From the NCBI GenBank assembly GCA_002269645.1, contig NIVC01000260.1, positions 124,001 to 188,000 of the forward strand: a stretch of 64,000 nt of DNA. Reading direction: 5' to 3'. A model generated the notes under the pieces. It saw only the letters and a list, made by a program, of their open reading frames with translations. It was not told the DNA's origin and made no database searches. Made by a program: the position numbers and the translations under genes. Of this stretch, positions 24,290 through 35,480 are shown piece after piece (positions within the stretch are counted from its first letter, which is position 1; the number at the start of each line of letters is the position of its first letter). Origin of the DNA: Macrostomum lignano (taxonomy: Eukaryota).

Positions 24290-26010
24290 GGGTGTGACAC
24301 TCGTGGATGGATGTGTGACACTCTTGGATGGATGTGTGACACTCTTGGATGTGTGACACTCTTGGATGTGTGACACTCTTGGGTGCGTGACACTCTTGGA
24401 TGTGTGACACTCTTGGATGTGTGACACTCTTGGGTGTGTGACACTCTTGGGTGTGTGACACTCTTGGATGTGTGACACTCTTGGATGTGAGACACTCTTG
24501 GATGTGTGACACTCTTGGGTGTGTGACACTCTTGGATGTGAGACACTCTTGGATGTGTGACACTCTTGGGTGTGTGACACTCTTGGATGGATGTGTGACA
24601 CTCTTGGATGTGTGACACTCTTGGATGTGTGACACTCTTGGGTGCGTGACACTCTTGGATGTGTGACACTCTTGGATGTGTGACACTCTTGGGTGTGTGA
24701 CACTCTTGGGTGTGTGACACTCTTGGATGTGTGACACTCTTGGATGTGTGACACTCTTGGGTGCGTGACACTCTTGGATGTGTGACACTCTTGGATGTGT
24801 GACACTCTTGGGTGTGTGACACTCTTGGATGTGTGACACTCTTGGATGGATGTGTGACACTCTTGGATGGATGTGTGACACTCTTGGATGGATGTGTGAC
24901 ACTCTTGGATGTGTGACACTCTTGGATGTGAGACACTCTTGGATGTGTGACACTCTTGGGTGTGTGACACTCTTGGATGGATGTGTGACACTCTTGGATG
25001 TGTGACACTCTTGGATGGATGTGTGACACTCTTGGATGGATGTGTGACACTCTTGGATGGATGTGTGACACTCGTGGATGGATGTGTGACACTCTTGGAT
25101 GGATGTGTGACACTCTTGGATTGATGTGTGACACTCATGGATGGATGTGTGACACTCTTGGATGGATGTGTGACACTCTTGGATGGATGTGTGACACTCA
25201 TGGATGGATGTGTGACACTCTTGGATGTGTGACACTCTTGGGTGTGTGACACTCATGGATGGATGTGTGACACTCTTGGATGTGTGACACTCTTGGGTGT
25301 GTGACACTCTTGGATTGATGTGTGACACTCTTGGATGGATGTGTGACACTCATGGATGGATGTGTGACACTCTTGGATGTGTGACACTCTTGGGTGTGTG
25401 ACACTCTTGGATTGATGTGTGACACTCTTGGATGGATGTGTGACACTCATGGATGGATGTGTGACACTCTTGGATGGATGTGTGACACTCTCATGATTGG
25501 GGGATGTGACACTCATGGATGGATGTGTGACACTCTTGGATGTGTGACACTCTTGGGTGTGTGACACTCATGGATGGATGTGTGACACTCTTGGATGTGT
25601 GACACTCTTGGGTGTGTGACACTCTTGGATTGATGTGTGACACTCTTGGATGGATGTGTGACACTCATGGATGGATGTGTGACACTCTTGGATGTGTGAC
25701 ACTCTTGGGTGTGTGACACTCATGGATGGATGTGTGACACTCTTGGATGGATGTGTGACACTCATGGATGGATGTGTGACACTCTTGGATGTGTGACACT
25801 CTTGGGTGTGTGACACTCTTGGATTGATGTGTGACACTCTTGGATGGATGTGTGACACTCATGGATGGATGTGTGACACTCTTGGATGGATGTGTGACAC
25901 TCTTGGATGGATGTGTGACACTCTTGGATGGATGTGTGACACTCATGGATGGATGTGTGACACTCTTGGATGGATGTGTGACACTCTCATGATTGGGGGA
26001 TGTGACATTC
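24290..26010. repeat. 17/21-bp minisatellite
   Basis: GTGTGACACTCTTGGAT and GTGTGACACTCTTGGATGGAT variants. Confidence 0.96.
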
Positions 26011-26916
26011 ACTAACTCATTGGTTTAGTTGCAGTAAAATAAACATATCACATGTATGGACCAAGGACCACTAGGAACACTTAGTTCTGAACGATTTCGC
26101 GAGCTTTGATTGTGCAACTCATTATATTGCAATGGTAAACAATGTAATGTGCAAATCCACCAACACATTTCAATATAGCTCGTATATTTATTTATTTATT
26201 TTTAGCTAGAAAATATTCGGCATCCGAATAAATTCCTTTTAGCATATGCCATTTAAAGCATCGGCGTTCAATACGACTTTGTAGTGGCGTTGAATTGTCT
26301 AGTGCGCGCAGTGACATTGATTTTGGCGACTCCGTGTGCAGCATCCGGCCTTGACCCCAGACACAGAGTGGCCACACAGAGTGAAGATGAGAATCTGTGT
26401 GCGTGCTCAGGCATCAGGCGACCTGCTTGTCTCCAATTGCTGACTGCGGGTCGGCTGTCGCTTTAATTTTCAGCGGTGCCTAAAGACCCTCACTCTCTAT
26501 AGCTAAATTCTATTAGCTACGGCGATTCAGTAACGCATGAGAAGAAACGCGCAAGCGCTGTTGCTTGTCTAGGCATCATGCGGGTTGCCAGGATTTTTTA
26601 TCAGCTGTGTTGGTGCCGTTTTCTTTCTTTTTTTATTATTAGAGGCAGGGGGGTTGTGTGCACCCTGGCGCAATTTAAGCGTCATTGGCACACAACCGGC
26701 GAGAGGCATTACTGCCCATTCCGCCGACTCCCCTGAGCAGGCATACAAGCGCGCGGATACGTACGCAGGCACACACTCACACAGGAGTGTACAGCGGCCC
26801 TAACTTTATCAATTGTTAGGCATGTACACTTCACTGCGCCTTGGGGGGTGGGCTCTCAAGGCCGTTAATTGCACAAGCGAGCCAAGCCAAGATTCCAATT
26901 CAGCCCCAAATTAATG

Positions 26917-26987
26917 TGGCTGCACTTGGAATCGAGCCTGGGTCGCGGCACACCAGAGCAGCTGCGCTACCGCTGGGCTACGGCCCC
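26917..26987 (-). pseudogene. tRNA-derived sequence (degenerate tRNA or SINE head)
   Basis: Minus strand GGGGCCG-TAGCCCAGCGGTAGCGC...GGCTCGATTCC: A- and B-box-like motifs at tRNA spacing, but acceptor and T stems mispair. Confidence 0.6.
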
Positions 26988-27019
26988 CCTTTTGCCGTTT
27001 TCTTTCAATTGCTGCCGTT

Positions 27020-27330
27020 TTTATTAGTGCCATTTTATTTGAATTGGTGCCTTTTATTTAAATTGGTGCTATTTTATTGAATTGGTGCCGTTTTATTTAA
27101 ATTGGTGCTATTTTATTTGAATTGGTGTCGTTTTATTTAAATTGGTGCTATTTTACTTGAATTGTTGCCGTTTTATTTAAATTGGTGCTATTTTACTTGA
27201 ATTGTTGCCGTTTTATTTAAATTGGTGCTATTTTTAGAATTGGTGCCGTTTTATTTGAACTGGTGCCATTTTATTTGATATAGTGCCCTTTTAGTTGAAC
27301 TAGTGCCATTTTATTTGAGTAAGCGCCAAT
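27020..27330. repeat. 20-bp minisatellite with alternating variants
   Basis: AATTGGTGCCGTTTTATTTA / AATTGGTGCTATTTTATTTG. Confidence 0.9.
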
Positions 27331-27767
27331 TTCTCGAATTTCGACTTGTTTATTAATTATGCAAGCCTATAGGCGCTGCTATAAGTTGAGTTTAGCTAAT
27401 AATTAAATAAGAATTCTGTGAGAACATTAAAATATGCTAGTATAGTAGCTGCACGCACCAGGCAAAGGAAATCGAGAGCTGAGAGCCAGAGGGGCCGGGG
27501 CTTCGCTTCTATACTGAGACTCCTTTCTCTCTCTCCGCTCCTCTCTTCCTTGCCGCTCACTTTTCACTCACCTTGGGCTGCCACCCACTCACCGCAACGC
27601 CCCCCTTCTCAACCCAACCCCCGGTTGTCAGGGGCAACTGCTGTACACCTGCGTGGCACAGTTTTTATAGCGAGCTGCATTCGTGTTTTAACGGCTTATA
27701 TAGACCAGCATGCGGATCTGTCAAATAGTTAATTAGCAAAGTCCACCAAACTGCAGTACCCAGCGCT

Positions 27768-27917
27768 ATGACAGACAGTTTAACGGAAGAGCAGGTGGCA
27801 GAGTGCAAGGAGGTGTTCGCCCTGTTCGACAAGCAGGGAGTCGGCCAGGTGCCCACCGAGTCATTGGGACGCTTGCTGCGCGCCTTGGGATATAATCCTT
27901 CTAATAGGGAGGTTCAG
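27768..27917 (+). CDS. Calmodulin-like / myosin light chain-like EF-hand protein, exon 1
   Basis: [22 protein letters not shown]...LRALGYNPS resembles the calmodulin N-terminus; donor CAG|gtgagg. Confidence 0.92.
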
Positions 27918-28139
27918 GTGAGGATCCAGTTGATCGTGATGTGCCGCACGGCTTGATCTTAGGGAGTGCATTCGAGTGCCTCCGGCTCGTATGAAAATTA
28001 ATTGCGAAACTGTGTTCGACATTCAGAAAGGGGACAGAGTACCTGGGTTCCTGAATTCCTTTCCTGCTTTCCTTTATGAGCAGTAGTGCGGCCTGGGTGT
28101 CCTTTTGCCACCCGATTCGTAGGGGATAGAGCCCTCTTA

Positions 28140-28990
28140 ACCATTGAGAGTGAGTTTATGAGTTCTTGAGTTCCTGGGTGAGACTGAATAAGTTCCCGAA
28201 TGAGTTCATGAATTATTTTCTAAGTAAGTTCATGAGTTCATGAATTATTGTAGCTCCTGAGTGAGTTAATGAGTGAGTTCATGAATTAGTTCCTGAATGA
28301 GTTCCCGAGTGAGTTCATGAATTAGTTCCTGAATGAGTTCCCGAGTGAGTTCATGAATTAGTTCCTGAATGAGTTCCCGAGTGAGTTCATGAATTAGTTC
28401 CTGAATGAGTTCCCGAGTGAGTTCATGAATTAGTTCCTGAATGAGTTCCCGAGTGAGTTCATGAATGAGATCCTGAGTGAGTTCATGAGTGAGTTCATGA
28501 GTTCCTGGGTGAGTTCCTGAGTTCTTGAGTGAGCTCATGAGTGAGTCCTCGAATGTGTGTTCATGAGTGAGTCCTCGAGTGTGTTCATGAGTGAGTCCTC
28601 GAATGTGTGTTCATGAGTGAGTCCTCGAATGTGTTCATGAGTGAGTCCTCGAATGTGTTCATGAGTGAGTCCTCGAGTGTGTTCATGAGTGAGTCCTCGA
28701 ATGTGTGTTCATGAGTGAGTCCTCGAATGTGTTCATGAGTGAGTCCTCGAGTGTGTTCATGAGTGAGTCCTCGAATGTGTGTTCATGAGTGAGTCCTCGA
28801 ATGTGTTCATGAGTGAGTCCTCGAATGTGTTCATGAGTGAGTCCTCGAGTGTGTTCATGAGTGAGTCCTCGAATGTGTGTTCATGAGTGAGTCCTCGAAT
28901 GTGTGTTCATGAGTGAGTCCTCGAGTGAGTTTATGAATGAGTTCCCGAGTAAGTTAGTGAGTTCCTGAGTTTATGAGAGCATGAGTAGAT
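28140..28990. repeat. Two adjacent GTGAGT-containing minisatellites (36 bp, then 24/26 bp) in the calmodulin-like intron
   Basis: GAGTGAGTTCATGAATTAGTTCCTGAATGAGTTCCC then CATGAGTGAGTCCTCGAATGTGTGTT. Confidence 0.93.
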
Positions 28991-29115
28991 GAGCGAGTTT
29001 ATGAAATGATAAGTATGCATTAAGATAACTCTAAAGAGCCGCGCTCCCGATATGTAGCGTAATAAACTTCGCAAATTGAATATTCACCAGCCAAAAAAAT
29101 TGCCCCCTCTGGCAG

Positions 29116-29418
29116 GAGATGATCAACCAAGTGGCCTCCGAATCTGGGGATGTAATCGACTTCACCACCTTCAGCGATCTGGTTGGCAAGCGACTGTCTG
29201 CCGTGTCCACCTCCGAGGACACCTTGGAGGAGGCGTTCCGCGCCTTGGACCGTCAGCTGACCGGCCGGCTGAAGGCGGCGGATCTGCGAGTGCTGCTGAC
29301 CAACATGGGCGAGTGCCTGACGGAGGAGGAGGTTGAGGAGATGATGCAGGAGGCCCAGGTCGGGCCGAAAGGAGAGTTCGACTATCGCGAGTTCACCCGA
29401 TTGGTCTTGTCGAAGTAG
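29116..29418 (+). CDS. Calmodulin-like protein, exon 2 (150 aa in total)
   Basis: ggcag|GAG ATG phase 0; EEAFRALD, LRVLLTNMGECLTEEEVEEMMQEA, DYREF; TAG at 29416-18. Confidence 0.92.
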   Translation, partial: EMINQVASESGDVIDFTTFSDLVGKRLSAVSTSEDTLEEAFRALDRQLTGRLKAADLRVLLTNMGECLTEEEVEEMMQEAQVGPKGEFDYREFTRLVLSK

Positions 29419-29999
29419 AAACAGATTTTTTAATAAGCTCAGCAGTCGCTTATAGCTGCTTACTGCTTCTTTGTTTACCATGTTTACAGGTAGCTGCTTA
29501 GCAACGCAACTCGTTTATCATGGTTACCACCGGCTGCCTTACCAACGAACGGCTATTAAAAATGGAAAATTTGTTGTAGTAAAATTGCAAATGACTGTAA
29601 AATAAACAGAAAATACGAAAAAGCAGAATCCTCATTACATACATATATTTAATCCTCGTTAACTAATGCCCATTGTCCTATTATTCTAAAGAAACAAGCT
29701 ATATAGCTTTGAGATTGGTAAGTCAGTGAGTGCATCTGGCGGTGTCTATACGGTCGCACAGGAAGATGGCGCAAAAACTGCGCATTTACCAGGTCAGGTC
29801 GTCACGTGCGGTGGTTGAAATGAAGTCGACTCACGCTTCTGCATGAGCAGACATGCCACGCCAAGTCCTCCTGTCGGAGATGGATGGATGGTTGCCCGCG
29901 GGGCTTCAGTACAAGGAAGCCGAGCTAGCGGAAGGCTTCGCACTTCTTTGCACACAGAAGAGGGACAGTGGGACGGCAGGATGTCGGGAGCTTCGTACA

Positions 30000-30235
30000 T
30001 GTAGCCGCTGAAACACTAGGCTTAATGCCCTGAATATGCGCCGTAGTACCTTCGGCCTTTCTTTTGCCGATGTCTGCTTGGCCACGTTTAACTTTGTATT
30101 TACTTTATAATTATTTCGAAGCGGTTTGCCTTTAGTTAGGCTCTTGTGCTCAATACAGGCAAATGAAATAGCCTATGATCATGCTTCAGTTAAAAATAAA
30201 CTTAAATCTGCTCGGGCAAAATCCAGCCCGCAGCA
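30000..30235 (-). repeat. 3' LTR
   Basis: Starts TG right after the PPT; 30008-30234 aligns with 34193-34414 at roughly 90-95% by eye. Confidence 0.88.
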
Positions 30236-30260
30236 CTTCCCCACTTCAAAAGTTTACAGT

Positions 30261-33200
30261 TCATTCTTTGTAATGTACTCTTGGCTTAGTCAACAGTCTT
30301 TCACTTCTCCGAGGTTGCGGTTGCTGCTGCTGCGGCTCCTGCACCGGCTCTGGTTCTCCAGGGAACGTATCTGGATTAAGTTGATCCACCTCACTAGCAC
30401 CGTCAGCAACCAGTTGTTCCGAGTCAGTGCTCTTGTCGCCACCAGACTGGAAACTTTGCATCTGGTCCCGGTGTGCCTTTTTGTACACGCCGTTGTCGAG
30501 CTTGATAATAGCCGTGTTTCGACCAGTCGGTAAGACGACTCTAGCCAACGACGTAGCTCTCTCTGTCTTGTACACGACCTCGTCATCTCCAGAAAAATCG
30601 GACATCAAAGGAGTCCGAATGTTTCGACCTAAAAACTTCTCCGACGGTGTCCGGCCAGATCGTTTCCTTTTGATGATCGATAAAACAGCAGGAATCTGTC
30701 AATGTTTTGTTGGCTCAAACCCAATGCTGACACGGATTCTTTTACAGTACGGCCATCGTTCAGCCACCCCATTACTCTTAGGGTGGCACGGAGGTGTTGT
30801 TACATGGTTGCAACCAACATAGCTTTCAACCATTGCGTTTGTCTCCGCTGAGACGAAGCTGGACCCATTATCAGTCACAAGAGTCTGCGAAAACGTCCTT
30901 CGAAATCTGTAAATTACTGTCGACGATTCCATATTCGTTGTCAAATGTACTTCTGGGTAGTTGGACATTGCATCCACAAGTATTAACAAGTACTGGCCAT
31001 CTATAGGACCTGCAAAATCTGCATGTACTCGCTCGCATGGCTCCGTGGCTGTTGGCCAAGATGTCAAGAAGCTTCGATTGCGTGGCTTAACCATCTTACA
31101 GGTTACGCAGCTTCCGATGTGCTGTTTCACGTCTTTATCCAAACCAGGCCACCAGAACTGGTATCTCAAAAGTGACAAAGTTCGATCTATGCCCAAATGG
31201 GTGCTGTGTGCTGTCTGAATTGCAGAAAACCTTCAGACTCTTCGGCAGAACGATTCGCGTATCCCTGATGACAATGTCTGACTCAATCGTTAGTTCATCC
31301 GCAACTGCCTTAAAAGGACGAATGCTCGGGTGGTTGAAGTTACCGGACCGAATAGCTTCTTTCAGCAGAACAAATTTCTGGGCAATCCATTGATCGTTTT
31401 TACCTCCTCAGCAGGTAGTTCGTTGTTGAAGGTAGTTCGATACTCCCGACGGTGTATGTCTGCACTGTATCATCCCTTAACAATCGTGACAAGGCATCTG
31501 ATTTCATAAATTCTGACCTCTGATATTCGATAGTAAAGTCAAAAGCCATCAACGATATCGCCCACCACTGCAGTCGTGCTGACACGCGCATAGGCAAGCC
31601 TTCGTTTGGACCAAAAATGTACGTAAGCGGTCTGTGATCCGTGATTAGAGTGAAGTGACGCCCTGCAAGAAACCGCTGGCACCTTTGCGTTGACCAGATA
31701 ATTGCTAGAGCCTCCCTCTCGATCTGAGAATATTTTTTCTCAGCTTCTGACAGTCTCTTGCTGATGTACAAAACGGGCATGTTGTCTTGAATCAGAACTC
31801 CGCCCAGTCCTTTTTGGGAAGCGTCACACTCCAGAACGTCACAGGTTTCTTCGGCTCGTAATTTGCCAGAGCCGTATTTTCCGTCAGCATGGACTTGATC
31901 CGCATGAATGCTTCATCTTGCTCAGATCCCCATTGAAAACATTTCTTTTGCACATTAATCTAGTTTGCGGTTCAAGATAGTGTGAAAGATTTGGCACAAA
32001 TCGTCCACTAAACCGGACGAGCCCAATGAATGATTCCAGTTCTGCCATCGACTCTGGGACTTCCATCTCTCGAAGAGCTCTCACTTTCTCAGGATCCGGT
32101 CGAATCAAGCCACTGTCCAAGATAAACCCTAAAAACCGAACACGAGACTGACAAATCTGGCATTTCTCTTCGTTAGCCTTAAGGCCATGCTGCTCAAGAC
32201 GTTCTCTCACTTGATCCTCGTGATATTTAAGTTGCTTCTCTGATTCACCACCAATCAGAATATCATCAACGTAGGCGATTGAACCTTCAATACCCTGGAT
32301 TACATGGCTGATGTAGCGTTGGAATATGCTCGGAGCAGTCCGAATCCCAAACACCAGACAGTTGTACTGATAATTCCCAAAGGGCGTAGACATGACAGTG
32401 AGAGGTTTGGAATCCTCATCAAGTTCAACTTGATTGTACGCGGCTTTCAAATCCAATATCGTGTAAAGCCGGCATCCTGCCACTGTACTAAAAGCCTCTT
32501 CAGGAGTCGGTGTGGGGTGACTATCCTTCATTAACTGTGGGTTTAACGTTTGCTTGTAATCCACACAGAGTCTTAGCCTGCCATCAGCCTTGGGGACGAA
32601 AGCTATTGGCGATGCCCACTGAGAAAAAGTCACAGGCTCAATGATTCCATCTGCTTGTAGCTTGTCAATCTCCTCCTTTAAGCGATCCTTGTAAGCAAAC
32701 GGTATGAGCCGCGCCTTGATATATTTAGGTTGTGCATCCGGAATGAGTTGTAGCCTCGCTTGAAACCCGGCATTGCCATTAGCCACATCGCTTGCATATG
32801 CCTTCGCGAAGTCAATCTCTATGGTTAAAATATCCCTACCGAGTAGTGCGAACAAGCATTCAGATCGAACAACTTTAAAAGGTAATCGATGCACTTTTCC
32901 TTGATAGCTAACTTTGCCGATGAAATGGTCCAACATTTTGAACTGATGCGCATCCGTGTATCCCGTTAGTTTGATGCCACTAGGCTGCAGTTCTGGACTA
33001 CCGATTTGCCTCCAGACTCGATCTGACATGACGGACACTGCTGCCCCGGTGTCCACTTGGCACGGAATTGATCTTTTCTCATTTGATGACAAGAAATCCA
33101 GTGTCACTGTGGTGGCATCCTGAGAGACAGCTTCTTTTGTAACTGCTCCAATCATGAAGACAGGGTCTGACTGCCCGCTTAGGTGTTGAACCGAAGCATT

Positions 33201-34150
33201 CTTTTTTTTGCTGGTGACATTACCTTTTGAACGGCACATTTTCTGGAAATGATTTTGCTTTCCACACTTGCGGCACGTCTTTCCGTAGGCTGGACACGAT
33301 TTCTTTCCATGGATATTTCCACAGCGCAAACACGATGAGCTTTGGCTTTGTGACTGCCTGCTTGTTTGCTCCTTTGGGCTGCGATCTGGACTTGGACTTG
33401 AACATCCCTCTCGGCGCGCTTTTCATAATATCTGTAGATATGAGTGCTGAATGTGCCTCAGCCTCAGAAACTGCATCCTTGAAGCTGAGCTCCAGATGGT
33501 CCTTGACCAGCAAGCTTGCCGATTCCATTTTGGTCAGCCAATCCGCAGATGAACTGGTCTCTTAGCCGTTCATCTTTATCTTTGAATTGGCACTTCTAGG
33601 CAGCCTTTAGGACTCTTTCTGCGTACGCGCGAACGTCCTCCCCAGACTTCAGAGAGCACTGCTGGAAAGAATATCTCTCCGCCAAGACGAATGTGGCTGG
33701 AACCAAGATACCACGCAGACTCTGCTCTATTTCTGTGAATGACAGTTCACTAGGCTTCTTGGGCGAGGCCTGGTCGGCCAGTGAGTCATACAGGGCCGTG
33801 GAAAGACGCATCAAAAGCATCTGGGCCATCGCTGTCGCATCCCATGCATAGAACGGCGCAACGATTGAAAATGTGTCGAACCACCTGGAGAAGTTGCTTC
33901 CCACCTCCAAGCGCTCGATTTCCATAGCACCTGCCATTGCGCGCGTTGGTCCATTTGCACTCCTCGTCGGTTGACTTGTGGCTTCTGCATCTGCTCCCGA
34001 GACCACTTTGGCCTGCTGGCGAGACGGCGATGCTGCCAGTTTTGCCTGTTGTTGATGAGCTGGCGCTTCTGTCACAACCTTGGCATGCTTGAGAGACGGT
34101 GAGCCCGCAGACTTTGCTGCTGCCGATTGCTGGTGCTCGCTGCTCTTCAT
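30261..34150 (-). pseudogene. gag-pol pseudogene with multiple stops and frameshifts
   Basis: Two CCHC knuckles, VDTGA protease, LDLKAAY and YVDD (RT), ECDAS and IEREALA (RNase H), HHCC plus HADF/TDNG/SNGVAER (integrase). Confidence 0.93.
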
Positions 34151-34177
34151 TTAAATCCGGAGTGCTTGCGACGCCAC

Positions 34178-34415
34178 TGTTACAGGTTTGTACTGAAACA
34201 CTGGACTTAATGCCCTGAATTATGCGCCGTAGTACCTTCGGCCTTTCTTTTGCCGGTGTCTGCTTGGCCACCTTTAACTTTATATTTATTTTACTTATTT
34301 CGAAGCAGTTTGCCTTTAGTTAGGCTCTTGTGCTCAATACAGGCAAATGAAATAGCCTATGATTATGCTTCAGTTAAAAAACTTAAATCTGCTCAGGCAA
34401 AGCCAGCCCGCAGCG
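34178..34415 (-). repeat. 5' LTR
   Basis: Ends CA before the PBS; begins CG rather than TG. Confidence 0.88.
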
Positions 34416-34699
34416 AATCTTCACCACTACTATAAGCTTGGAATATTGGAGTCTACAGTAGCTTGGAACGTTATCAACGTAACATTTTTTATGAATTTTA
34501 CTCACGATGTGACTATAGTTACATAGGGTTATTTAATATTACTGTTATCATTAAAATGTCGCTGACACAATGCGCGGGTCCACGAAACACCCGCCGATGG
34601 AGAACAGCTGAGTCCAGCCTATACCCTACGAGCTAGCTGCAGACTGAAAGGTATAAAGCCCAGAGACTGCTATTGATCAAAGAAAAAAGTGAGGTCAGC

Positions 34700-35480
34700 A
34701 CCTTTCTCAACTGCCAAGCAGAATGGCCAACCTACAGGCTGTCAGCACCTCTGCTCTGCCGTAGTTGATGCGGAGCCCTGCGCGCTTCCCTTCGTCAACC
34801 AGCCGACTGACCGCCCTCTGACCACAGCTTCGGGGCTGCAGCAGGATAGCGCCAGCTAGGGCGTCGGCGTAGTGTATAGGAAAGGCAGGACATCTTGGCA
34901 CAGGGAAAGTGGGATCGAGCTACGGCGAGGCATGGGGTCAGCTTAATTTGGCACAGGAAAAGAGGGCGAAGCACCACTTCATAGCGTTTTCGTCGCGTAG
35001 AGCCAGTCGAATGAAATACATGTACATTTATTTACATTAGTCATAATAGGAAGACCAAATAGAAATGAAAATAATGTGTGCCACCTTATAGGACCCCTGA
35101 GGTTGATGGCAAATGATCATCTGGCGTAGATCAGTCTGGAAAAAAGTCCTGGACAAGTTGTAGAGGTCCATGATCGCCTGGATTAGCAGCTAAAGAACTC
35201 CACATGCATATGCTGCAGGAGAAGCCAGACAATTGGCCGCCCGACTGACGGAGTCTCTCATAAGCTTTGCAGAAATCTACAAAGACAATTTGACACCTTA
35301 CTTTTAGCGAGTCTCGCGCGGGTGTCAATAATAATCGATGCAAGCTGCAGGAGCGTAAGCGATCGAACTTTTGTTTTACTGCTGACCCTTTATACAATGA
35401 AGGTTTATAAATCGCTAGCTTGAGTAATCGATATACTGGTCGACAGGAAGGTGTTGTACTTTGAGGCAGCGTGGCCAAAT
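34700..35480 (-). mobile_element. Degenerate non-LTR retrotransposon RT fragment
   Basis: IVFVDFCKAYE (FVDFxKAFD motif), VLRPLFL and HYADA (YADD-like) in the expected order across broken frames. Confidence 0.6.

Larger units (their letters stand above)
30000..34415 (-). mobile_element. Decayed Ty3/gypsy LTR retrotransposon
   Basis: Two ~237-bp LTRs, PBS-like TGGCGTCGC after the 5' LTR, PPT GAAGTGGGGAAG before the 3' LTR, domain order gag-PR-RT-RH-IN. Confidence 0.93.
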
